A stretch of DNA of 64,000 nucleotides. Origin: Fidelibacterota bacterium (lineage in GTDB: Bacteria > Fidelibacterota > Marinisomatia > Marinisomatales > TCS55). The stretch covers positions 688 through 64,687 of the forward strand of contig JAYZHP010000081.1 in NCBI GenBank assembly GCA_036166415.1, given 5' to 3'. Below, piece after piece: positions 54,251 to 62,255 of this stretch (within the stretch, counting starts at the first letter, position 1; the number at the start of each line of letters is the position of its first letter). The notes under the pieces were generated by a model. The model did no database searches. It saw only the letters and a list, made by a program, of their open reading frames with translations, and was not told the DNA's origin. Position numbers and translations under genes: made by a program.

Positions 54251-55126
54251 CTACCATTCATCATCACCCCAATCATCTTCATCTTCTGCTTCTTCAAGTA
54301 AAAACTCCTGCTCTGAATCCATCCATTGTTTATATCCATCTTCATCAAAAACTGTCAGATAACCTCTCATTTGAGCATGCTGTGCCCCACATAATTGAGC
54401 GCAAGCAATTTCAAATCCCTTATATCGATCAAGTGGCTTTTTTTCTTCGAAATCCTCTCGCGCAGTGCCTTTTATTGTTTTTAAAAAGTCATCTGTGGTC
54501 ATTGTTGCTTCAAACCAGACCGGAATTGTCATTCCAGGAATCGCATCTTGAGAGACTCTAAGCTCGGGGAGTTTAAAATTATGAATAACATCTCTTGATG
54601 ATAGCAAGATATTTATTGGTGTATTCACAGGAATTTTTAATTGGTTCTGCAAAACAACATCATCCTTAGCATATTCATCAGTGCGATCAAGTCCAATGAA
54701 GTTTTGTTCTTCATCATTAACTAAATCAATATTGGTTGAACCGAAAACATTATCTGGTCCTGGGTAATGTATATTCCAGGCAAATTGCTGAGCGACTACT
54801 CTAATCTGAATAGAATCAATTGTATCGGGAACATCATTTACCCTGCTCGCCCATATAGGAAATGCAAAACCTATCAATAATACTACTTCAATTAATGCAA
54901 CTGCTACTTCAGCATATGTAGAATAGTGATTTTTCACTCCATGGTAGTCTGCTTTTGGCTGTCTTGATGAACGAAATCTAATAAGCGTATATATAAAATA
55001 AGCTCCCCAACCAACAAATAGTATCAGCATCAACCAGTGAACCAGTGAAATTACATTATCAATAGCAGGTCCTTGCGTTGAAGCAGAAACAGTTGGTAGT
55101 CCTAATTTTCTAAGTAATTCTAACAT
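54251..55126 (-). CDS. ctaC: cytochrome c oxidase subunit II (CuA, no fused cytochrome c domain)
   Basis: Two N-terminal TM segments. CuA ligands are in DVIHNF and CAQLCGAQHAQM. It ends in the acidic tail EEAEDEDDWGDDEW. Confidence 0.9.
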   Translation of the reverse strand: MLELLRKLGLPTVSASTQGPAIDNVISLVHWLMLILFVGWGAYFIYTLIRFRSSRQPKADYHGVKNHYSTYAEVAVALIEVVLLIGFAFPIWASRVNDVPDTIDSIQIRVVAQQFAWNIHYPGPDNVFGSTNIDLVNDEEQNFIGLDRTDEYAKDDVVLQNQLKIPVNTPINILLSSRDVIHNFKLPELRVSQDAIPGMTIPVWFEATMTTDDFLKTIKGTAREDFEEKKPLDRYKGFEIACAQLCGAQHAQMRGYLTVFDEDGYKQWMDSEQEFLLEEAEDEDDWGDDEW

Positions 55127-55138
55127 TAGGCTATAGCC

Positions 55139-55381
55139 TTAAATATTCTTTTTTCTTTTTGATAAGGTTTTTGCATACTCTTTAGCTCTTTTATTCAAAA
55201 CATAAATAAATGATACAAAGCTACTTAATACTCCTCCGGTAATTGTAAGCATAGTAATAATAGCCAAATTCATTCCTTGCGTTGCCTTTGCATTTGGGTC
55301 GCCAAAACACGTGGAGCATGCATAAGCAATTTCAGGTACAACAATAATAATGGCTAGCGTAACTACAATTGTTCTAATCAT
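55139..55381 (-). CDS. 80-aa membrane protein with a periplasm-side CxxC motif (hypothetical)
   Basis: The layout is TM1, ACSTCFGDPNAK, TM2, then a basic tail. It sits 12 nt upstream of coxB. Confidence 0.5.
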   Translation of the reverse strand: MIRTIVVTLAIIIVVPEIAYACSTCFGDPNAKATQGMNLAIITMLTITGGVLSSFVSFIYVLNKRAKEYAKTLSKRKKNI

Positions 55382-55383
55382 AA

Positions 55384-55557
55384 CTAAATCGTTCTAAACT
55401 TCTTATATACTTGTATTCCATAATAGACTAAAGCAACACCCCCTACAAATGATCCAATGCTAATCATAGGTGATCTATTGACCCCCCAAAAACCTACACC
55501 CAATGAAAGACAGGTTGATAAAATTATAAATAAAATATGAAAAGATTTAATTGACAT
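55384..55557 (-). CDS. 57-aa two-TM micro-protein (hypothetical oxidase-associated)
   Basis: My translation is MSIKSFHILFIILSTCLSLGVGFWGVNRSPMISIGSFVGGVALVYYGIQVYKKFRTI. Its ATG is 2 nt after the subunit IV stop, and its TAG is 2 nt before the next ATG. Confidence 0.45.
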   Translation of the reverse strand: MSIKSFHILFIILSTCLSLGVGFWGVNRSPMISIGSFVGGVALVYYGIQVYKKFRTI

Positions 55558-55559
55558 AC

Positions 55560-55856
55560 TTAATAGATCCTGGCTTGAGCTAGCATTGTACCAATAGGTA
55601 AAATAATTAAAATTAAAAAAGCAACAGCAGTTGCGATTAAAGTCCAGTATATAGTGGTTTTCTCATCAATTAAATGCATGAAGTAACACGCCACCAAAGA
55701 TGCCTTGACGCTTGCAACAAGCAAGCCAAGAGCTATTCCTGATTTTACACCAATATCTAGATAAGAGATAGCTACCGTCACTACAGTTAAACATGCTAGG
55801 GCAACAAAAACTATTACATATGTCTTTATATGATGTTTTACTTCTTCTGGTGTCAT
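55560..55856 (-). CDS. cytochrome c oxidase subunit IV (prokaryotic COX4 family)
   Basis: Starting at MTPEEVKHHIKTYVIVFVALACLTVVTVAISY gives a 98-aa, 3-TM protein, 10 nt after the coxC stop. The longer ORF-track start would overlap coxC. Confidence 0.65.
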   Translation of the reverse strand: MTPEEVKHHIKTYVIVFVALACLTVVTVAISYLDIGVKSGIALGLLVASVKASLVACYFMHLIDEKTTIYWTLIATAVAFLILIILPIGTMLAQARIY

Positions 55857-55866
55857 AAATAATTCC

Positions 55867-56457
55867 TCATAATAAATATAGAACTGGGAAAAGAAAAATC
55901 CAGACCAAATCAACAAAATGCCAATACAGACCAACTATTTCTATTCTATTTGTAAATCGTTCAGGATCTGTATTCCACATTTTTGAACCTGGACCAAAAA
56001 AATAACCGATTACAATAATTCCTCCAATTACATGGAGAACATGCAAACCTGTCATTGTAAAATAAATACCTAAAAAATTATTCGTGCTAGGATAATAATG
56101 ATGGCTGAACTTTGCTGTATATTCAAAATATTTAATTACCAAAAACCCAAAAGCAAAAAGCAAAGTAACACCAGAGTAAAGTTTAAATTTCTTAAAATCA
56201 TTTAATTTTAATGATGCCCAACTCATGACCATGGTTACTGATGATGAGATTAAGAATAAAGTGTTTAAGGTAGCTAAGGGTACATCAAGATATTTTGTTC
56301 CAGGAGGCCAATTATCTACACCAGTCCTTAAAAAGATATAGGCAGAAAATAATCCACCAAATAACATGACTTCGGATGCTAGAAAAAGCCATATTCCTAA
56401 TTTCCCATTGTATAATCCTGTATCAGGACGCTCTTTAACATTAAATGGAATATCCAT
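55867..56457 (-). CDS. ctaE: cytochrome c oxidase subunit III
   Basis: 196 aa, 5 TM segments, with FFGPG...GLYWHFVDLVWIFLFPVLYL at the C-terminus. Confidence 0.9.
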   Translation of the reverse strand: MDIPFNVKERPDTGLYNGKLGIWLFLASEVMLFGGLFSAYIFLRTGVDNWPPGTKYLDVPLATLNTLFLISSSVTMVMSWASLKLNDFKKFKLYSGVTLLFAFGFLVIKYFEYTAKFSHHYYPSTNNFLGIYFTMTGLHVLHVIGGIIVIGYFFGPGSKMWNTDPERFTNRIEIVGLYWHFVDLVWIFLFPVLYLL

Positions 56458-56462
56458 ACTAA

Positions 56463-58175
56463 TTAACCTTTTTGACTTTGTGGTAAGAAATCGTTTTTTT
56501 GATTAGGAACGCTATATTCATACGGGCCTCGATATACTGTAGGGACTTTTTCAAAATTGCCGTGCCCTAAAGGCGGTGATGTTGTATCGGTCCAATCTAT
56601 AGTCGTCGCACCCCATGGGTTTGATTCACCTGTTTTTTCAGATCGAAGACTAATTATCATATTTACAATAAAGAACAACTGGGCAACACCTAATAGCCAT
56701 GCAGATATTGTCATAAATTCATTTAAATGAATTACTCCAGCAGCATGCGCATAAGTTTCTCCTCCATCATTCATTCTCCTTGAAAGACCTGCTAATCCTT
56801 GAATAAACATAGGCATAAAGACGCCGTTCATAAATATAAATGAGAAATAAAAATGAAGTTTTCCAAGGGTTTCATTCGTTCGCTTTCCTGTAATTTTTGG
56901 AAACCAATAATAAATTCCTGCAAATAAGGCAAAAATTGTTCCTGGGGCTACTACATAGTGAAAATGACCAATTACATAATAAGTATCATGAAGATGTATA
57001 TCAGCTGCAGCTAAACCAAGAGGAAGGCCTGTTAATCCACCAATTCCAAACATTGGCAAAAAACCAAGGGCGAACAGCATTGGAGTATTAAATCTGATTG
57101 AACCACCCCAAAGTGAGAGTAATAACGCGGTTAAAATCACAACAGAAGGAATTGATATAATCATTGTTGTTGTTTGAAAGAAAGCTCCAATTGTAGTACC
57201 CATTCCAGTAAGGTACATGTGATGGGCCCAGACTATAAACGACATAAATCCTAGAAATACCATCGCATAAACCAATGATCTATAACCTTTAATAGGTTTT
57301 CTTGTATTGTTAGCAATCACTTCCGTAACAATACCAAAAGCAGGAAGAATCAAGACATATACCTCAGGATGTGCTAAAAACCAGAATAAGTGCTGCCAAA
57401 GTAAGGGGCTTCCACCGCCTGCATAAGGACCTCCGCCGCTTACTACTAATCCGCTTGGCATAAAAAAACTTGTTCCGGCTAAGCGATCCATTAATTGTAG
57501 AATACCTGCAGCTTCCAATGGAGGGAATGCTAAAAGTAATAAAAAGGCTGTAATAAACTGAGTCCATACAAAAATAGGTAATTTCATCCAGGTCATTCCA
57601 TCGGCACGTAGCTGAATAACAGTTACCAAAATGTTAACCGATCCTAATAATGAAGATGTTATGAGCATAACCATTCCCCATAACCAGACAGTTTGCCCCA
57701 TTGTTGCAATATTTGATAAAGGAGGATATGATGTCCATCCAGAGTTTGCTGCTCCACCTGGCACAAAAAACCCAATTACCATAATAACCGATCCTAAAAA
57801 ATACATCCAATAGGATGCAGCATTAAGTTTAGGGAAGGCCATATCGATTGCCCCAATTTGCAATGGGACAAAATAGTTTCCAAATGCACCAAAAGCTAAT
57901 GGAACTACACCTAAAAATATCATTATTGTTCCATGCATTGCACCCATAGAATTATATGTTTCAGGTGGAAGAGCTCCATCTGGACCTAGAAGACTTCCGA
58001 TCAATGGGATTGGTGTTCCTGGGTAGGCAATCTGATACCGCATAATGGAAATAAGAACAAATCCAAACAGAAGCCAAACCAGAGAGGTAATTCCATATTG
58101 AATACCAATTACTTTATGGTCAGTTGACCAAATATATTTAGTCCAAAAACTCTGCTTATGATGTCCTTCGCTCAT
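56463..58175 (-). CDS. ctaD: cytochrome c oxidase subunit I (A-family haem-copper oxidase)
   Basis: Contains WFLAHPEVYVLILPAFG (Glu of the D-channel type), VWAHHMY, and GHFHYV haem ligands. Confidence 0.95.
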   Translation of the reverse strand: MSEGHHKQSFWTKYIWSTDHKVIGIQYGITSLVWLLFGFVLISIMRYQIAYPGTPIPLIGSLLGPDGALPPETYNSMGAMHGTIMIFLGVVPLAFGAFGNYFVPLQIGAIDMAFPKLNAASYWMYFLGSVIMVIGFFVPGGAANSGWTSYPPLSNIATMGQTVWLWGMVMLITSSLLGSVNILVTVIQLRADGMTWMKLPIFVWTQFITAFLLLLAFPPLEAAGILQLMDRLAGTSFFMPSGLVVSGGGPYAGGGSPLLWQHLFWFLAHPEVYVLILPAFGIVTEVIANNTRKPIKGYRSLVYAMVFLGFMSFIVWAHHMYLTGMGTTIGAFFQTTTMIISIPSVVILTALLLSLWGGSIRFNTPMLFALGFLPMFGIGGLTGLPLGLAAADIHLHDTYYVIGHFHYVVAPGTIFALFAGIYYWFPKITGKRTNETLGKLHFYFSFIFMNGVFMPMFIQGLAGLSRRMNDGGETYAHAAGVIHLNEFMTISAWLLGVAQLFFIVNMIISLRSEKTGESNPWGATTIDWTDTTSPPLGHGNFEKVPTVYRGPYEYSVPNQKNDFLPQSQKG

Positions 58176-58228
58176 GATTACCTTTAATTAAATATTTAGG
58201 GGCTATCGTGTGATATGTTTTTGAGTTC

Positions 58229-58244
58229 AATTATAACTATAATT
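58229..58244. promoter_or_regulatory. perfect 7-2-7 palindrome carrying TATAAT on both strands in the divergent cox/cupredoxin promoter region
   Basis: AATTATA-AC-TATAATT, read directly from the sequence. The minus-strand TATAAT lies about 55 nt upstream of the ctaD ATG. The region is AT-rich, so a chance occurrence is plausible. Confidence 0.25.
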
Positions 58245-58389
58245 AAATAAAATTTACGGTTTCAATGAAGTATCTACAAAGTTGATTTTACTAATTTTTT
58301 ATTATGCTTTAGTTTGTTGTTTTAGTTTTGTTACTTTATCTAAATTTAATTATATAGTACAGTTAATATTTTAATCATTCGGAGAAATA

Positions 58390-59097
58390 ATGAACAAAAT
58401 TATCATCAATATTATAGTCATCTCTTTGGGGGCAAATATTTTATTTGCAGGAGAAGTTAAAGGTAGCGTGAAATATGTAGGCAAACCACCAAAGGCGAAG
58501 CGCTTAAGAATGGATGCTGATCCTGTATGTGCAGCCTCCCACCAGGAAGCTGCAAAAGCTGAATCTTTTGTTGTTGATGCAAACGGAAATCTTGCTAATG
58601 TTATCGTTTATCTTAAAAATGTTAAATACGATGGAAAGGCTCCAGCAAAAGCAAAAACTCTTGATCAGGCAGGTTGTGTTTATACTCCCCACGTACTAGG
58701 TGTTCAAGCAGGTCAGCCAATTAAAATTCTTAATAGTGATGCAACCATGCATAACATTCACGGCTTACCAAAAGTAAATAGAGAATTTAATTTTGGTATG
58801 CCTAAGACATTGAAAGAGAAGACCATCACTTTTGATAAAGCAGAAGATGTATTTGTGGTAAAATGCGATGTACATCCATGGATGAAAAGTTATACTCAGG
58901 TGTTTGATCATCCATATTTTTCTGTGACAGATAAAAGTGGAAATTACAGTATTCCCAATGTCCCTGATGGAACTTATGAAATTGTCGCATGGCAAGAAAA
59001 ATTTGGAAGCAAAAGGACTCTTTCTCAAAGCGTGACTGTTAAATCCGGTAAAGCAGTAGTCAACTTTGAATTTAGTCGACCAAAACCAAAGAAATAG
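58390..59097 (+). CDS. cupredoxin-like type-1 copper protein with C-terminal carboxypeptidase-regulatory-like (Ig-like) domain
   Basis: It has a signal or anchor peptide. Candidate copper ligands are His in ATMHNIH and C-x2-H-x2-M in KCDVHPWM. GNYSIPNVPDGTYEIVAWQEKFG is typical of the CarboxypepD_reg fold. A GGAG Shine-Dalgarno sequence lies 7 nt upstream. Confidence 0.75.
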   Translation: MNKIIINIIVISLGANILFAGEVKGSVKYVGKPPKAKRLRMDADPVCAASHQEAAKAESFVVDANGNLANVIVYLKNVKYDGKAPAKAKTLDQAGCVYTPHVLGVQAGQPIKILNSDATMHNIHGLPKVNREFNFGMPKTLKEKTITFDKAEDVFVVKCDVHPWMKSYTQVFDHPYFSVTDKSGNYSIPNVPDGTYEIVAWQEKFGSKRTLSQSVTVKSGKAVVNFEFSRPKPKK

Positions 59098-59124
59098 TAA
59101 TTTAAAGCTACTTAATTCAATAAT

Positions 59125-59154
59125 AAAAAAGCCTCGTTAGTGCGAGGCTTTTTT
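59125..59154. terminator. bidirectional intrinsic terminator between convergent genes
   Basis: AAAAAAGCCTCG-TTAGTG-CGAGGCTTTTTT: a GC core stem flanked by an A run and a T run, lying between the stops at 59097 (+) and 59203 (-). Confidence 0.7.
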
Positions 59155-59202
59155 ATTGCAAATAGTAATTAATTAAAATGGATTATTATGATCATGTAAG
59201 AA

Positions 59203-62200
59203 TTACCAATCGTCATCTCCCCAATCATCCTCTTCTTCTATGATAAATCCATATCCTTCGGAATTAAGATGACGCCTTACTATATCTGATACATCCTGCT
59301 TTCCCCCCATACCCCACATCCAATCAATAAGTGCCTTATAAAGCAAGGTACTATCAGTGCTAATTTTAGCAACATCCCTACCCCATACTTCTCTAATTGA
59401 ATTTATCGGTTCTTCAGTTGGTATGTAAGGCGCTGGCATTTTAGTTCCAGGCATTACATCTTGAGGGTTGATAAACCATTCTACCAGCCATTCGGGTCGC
59501 AAACGCTCCTTAGTTAATGTTAAATTTGGTGCCCATGTTAAAGCTGCCTGTTTTGGTTTTTCTGAACCGTAAAAATGACAATTATTACACGCACCCATTT
59601 CAGCAACTCTCTCTCCTGCTTTAAATGAGGAAGAATTCATAACAAATTGATGAGCATCTTCGTATTTTAAATCTTGACCGTCTTTGTATTGAAAATAAGA
59701 TATAACTTTATTCCACTCTTCATCTGTATAGTCAAAACTTGGCATTCTCACTTGAAGGTGAGGTCTCACCATACTAATATCCTTGAACCAATCAAGTAGC
59801 CATTGTGGCTGTGTTTTTCTTCCTTGAGTATTTAATAAGGGTGGGCTAAAGCTTTGCACAATGCTCATATCCTCAGAATTTGTCTCATCAGCAACTACTT
59901 TGATCCATTCGGCTACTGATGGCCAAATTGCTCCCCCTTCACCATCTAGCTTATGACAACCAAGGCAATTATTTGTATGTATGAATTGCTCTCCTTTGGC
60001 AATAGCTAAATACGTTGGTGATTTCTCTGGAAGCTTAGTCTGAGGAATTTCATCCTTTACGAGTCCCATAATTAACGTAACAAGGGACTCTATTTCTTTA
60101 CGTTCTAATCCAAAGTGCGGCATTCTAGACTTCTCTAGAGGCTTTAATTCTTTAATTCCAACCGAATGATCTTCATTTGGAATTAAATCAAATTTTTCTG
60201 GTTGATCGATTTTATTATAAAACCAATCCCATTTAGTATGGGGTATTTCATCATGCCAGAACCCAAAATCTAACTTTGAAATAAGCTTACTTCCTTCATG
60301 ATTGAGAGCAATCCCTATTGGTTTTTTATCTTCAAATCCTTGAATATTATGACAGGAATAACATCCATAATGACCAATTAAATTTTCTCCAGAATAAACA
60401 AGTTTTTCCTTTATTGTCATATCTTCAAGTAGGTTTTTTACCTGAATAGTTGAATTTAATTGGGATAAAAAGTCAGATGATATTTCATTCAAGATATTTT
60501 CATTAACTGAAGGAACAGGTGTAGAGTCAAATTTTTCACTTTTATCAGCTATTAAGTAGCTAGTAATATCGCTTGCCTCTTGATCAGTCAAGCGCAGATT
60601 AGGCATCTTTGTTCCAGGGTGATAGCTATAAGGGTTTTTCAGCCAATTGAATAGCCATTTTGCGTTTGTTTTAGAACCAATACCTATCAGGTTTGGTCCT
60701 TGTTCTTTTCTTAGGTTTTGTAAAGAGGGTTCATAGCTTGGGTCTGCTTCGGGTTGAATTTGGTGGCAACCCATACAGCCAAGAGACGAAACTAGTAATG
60801 CGCCATTTTCTGGATCACCAATTTGATTATTGCTTTTATCATATTTAGAAGATTTAGCAAATAAATATTCGGTCATCGCTAAGACTTCTTGTTCAGTTCT
60901 AAGTAAATCCTTAGGGCTGCTGTTATTTCCTTTCTTAAAGAAATGAGGCATCCAGGTGTTATGTCGAAATGCTCTAGGCTCCATAATCCAGCGATATGTC
61001 CAATCTTTAGTAGTTTTTGAGGCAACCTTATACAGACTAGGACCAGCTTTAGGATAATCTTCTCCCCACCGATCCATGCTATGACAAGTATAGCATCCAG
61101 CTTTCTCAAAAGTTGACATTCCAAGACTAAGTTTTTCAGCGCCCTTAATTGGCATATTGTCACTATGGCATTTGAAACATCCGGCCTCTGCATATTGTGT
61201 TGGCAACATTTTATTACCCCAATAATGCAAAGCTTCCCAGCCATACTTATCATGCCAATCTTTAGCTTGTTCTTCATTTTTTGGCATATGACCTGCAGAA
61301 ATAAAATCTGTACCTCTTCCTCGTCCTGCATGGCAAGTTGTACATCCATATTCACTTGTTGGATGAGGCGAACTTCCACCTACAAACTCTTCTAACCTTG
61401 GGTGGGTGGTGTATGGTTGCGGTGCATCTTCAAATCCTTTTTTATCAATACCCACATGACATGTTATGCATCTATCTACTTTAGGCATACCCATATATAC
61501 AAGATCATCCTCAAGGTCATTTACCACTGTCTGCTTTACTTCATAGTAAGGGTCAATAAAGTCTATAACGGGAACATCTCGAACGATATTGGCTATTTTA
61601 TTGGCAAAAGTCATAGCTTCAGGATCTAATTTTGACAACTGTCTTTCTAATAATTGTTTTTCACTACCTATGGCATATAGCGCGTCATTCGTTTGTTTAA
61701 TGAATGAATTGATTACTTTCAATTCTTGATCAAGACTATCAACCAAGGACTGATTTTTTTCAGCAATTAAAAATGCGGCATCTGTTTTTTTCTTAAGTCT
61801 ATTGTAATTCTTTTTTGCTTTTTCAAGATCGCCATGTCCGAATTGAGATTCTTCTAAAGTATATTTTGCAGCATCGAAGTCCGCCTTAGCAAATTGATAA
61901 TCTTGATTTGACTGATAAAGAGTAGCATCCAAATCATTGATTTGCGCTTGAATTCTTTCAACCTTATCAGATTGATTTACTAATTCAGTTTGTCTTTTTT
62001 CTAATTCACTTAATAGATTTTGATAGTCAGAATTTTCAGAAAGAATTAATTCTTGATTAGTTAGTTTCTGCTTAACATTTTCAATCTCCAATTTTCTAAA
62101 TTCATACTGATACTTTTTCCATGGTCGATTATAGTCATCTGCAAATGTAATAATCCAAAAAGCGGTAAACAGTAAGCTAGATATAGCAAACCACTTATTG

Positions 62201-62244
62201 AGTTTCAATACATTATAATATCTTTCTTCTTGGTTAATCGGCAT
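59203..62244 (-). CDS. membrane-anchored octahaem c-type cytochrome with coiled-coil stalk
   Basis: One N-terminal TM segment is followed by ~165 aa of heptad-rich coiled coil. There are eight CxxCH motifs, at aa 259, 301, 356, 384, 490, 628, 760 and 886. The last five sit in repeated class-I-like modules (CxxCH...GPxL...W..W...MP). The protein ends in the acidic tail EEEDDWGDDDW. Confidence 0.85.
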   Translation of the reverse strand: MPINQEERYYNVLKLNKWFAISSLLFTAFWIITFADDYNRPWKKYQYEFRKLEIENVKQKLTNQELILSENSDYQNLLSELEKRQTELVNQSDKVERIQAQINDLDATLYQSNQDYQFAKADFDAAKYTLEESQFGHGDLEKAKKNYNRLKKKTDAAFLIAEKNQSLVDSLDQELKVINSFIKQTNDALYAIGSEKQLLERQLSKLDPEAMTFANKIANIVRDVPVIDFIDPYYEVKQTVVNDLEDDLVYMGMPKVDRCITCHVGIDKKGFEDAPQPYTTHPRLEEFVGGSSPHPTSEYGCTTCHAGRGRGTDFISAGHMPKNEEQAKDWHDKYGWEALHYWGNKMLPTQYAEAGCFKCHSDNMPIKGAEKLSLGMSTFEKAGCYTCHSMDRWGEDYPKAGPSLYKVASKTTKDWTYRWIMEPRAFRHNTWMPHFFKKGNNSSPKDLLRTEQEVLAMTEYLFAKSSKYDKSNNQIGDPENGALLVSSLGCMGCHQIQPEADPSYEPSLQNLRKEQGPNLIGIGSKTNAKWLFNWLKNPYSYHPGTKMPNLRLTDQEASDITSYLIADKSEKFDSTPVPSVNENILNEISSDFLSQLNSTIQVKNLLEDMTIKEKLVYSGENLIGHYGCYSCHNIQGFEDKKPIGIALNHEGSKLISKLDFGFWHDEIPHTKWDWFYNKIDQPEKFDLIPNEDHSVGIKELKPLEKSRMPHFGLERKEIESLVTLIMGLVKDEIPQTKLPEKSPTYLAIAKGEQFIHTNNCLGCHKLDGEGGAIWPSVAEWIKVVADETNSEDMSIVQSFSPPLLNTQGRKTQPQWLLDWFKDISMVRPHLQVRMPSFDYTDEEWNKVISYFQYKDGQDLKYEDAHQFVMNSSSFKAGERVAEMGACNNCHFYGSEKPKQAALTWAPNLTLTKERLRPEWLVEWFINPQDVMPGTKMPAPYIPTEEPINSIREVWGRDVAKISTDSTLLYKALIDWMWGMGGKQDVSDIVRRHLNSEGYGFIIEEEDDWGDDDW

Positions 62245-62255
62245 ATATCAATAAA

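Noticed and set aside
55857-55934. 26-aa N-terminal extension of the oxidase subunit IV ORF
   Set aside because: It would overlap the 3' end of coxC by 68 nt. The Met at 55856 gives a typical ~100-aa COX4-type protein with a 10-nt spacer.
58300-58335. Short direct repeats (tttagtttgttgttttagttttgtt) upstream of the cupredoxin gene
   Set aside because: This is a low-complexity T/G-rich stretch with imperfect units. It is too short and irregular to call a repeat element or an array.
58504-59028. Three short ORFs (two minus strand, one alternative plus frame) overlapping the cupredoxin gene
   Set aside because: The cupredoxin frame has a signal peptide, copper ligands and a Shine-Dalgarno sequence. 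The others have no support.
60879-61379. 166-aa minus-strand ORF inside the octahaem cytochrome gene
   Set aside because: It is an alternative frame of the same strand. The main frame carries eight CxxCH motifs and is clearly the coding one.
59203-62244. Octahaem protein as ActA of Alternative Complex III
   Set aside because: No ActB/ActC/ActD/ActF-like genes are adjacent. Instead it directly follows the cytochrome b and subunit-IV-like genes, so a bc-type context is better supported.
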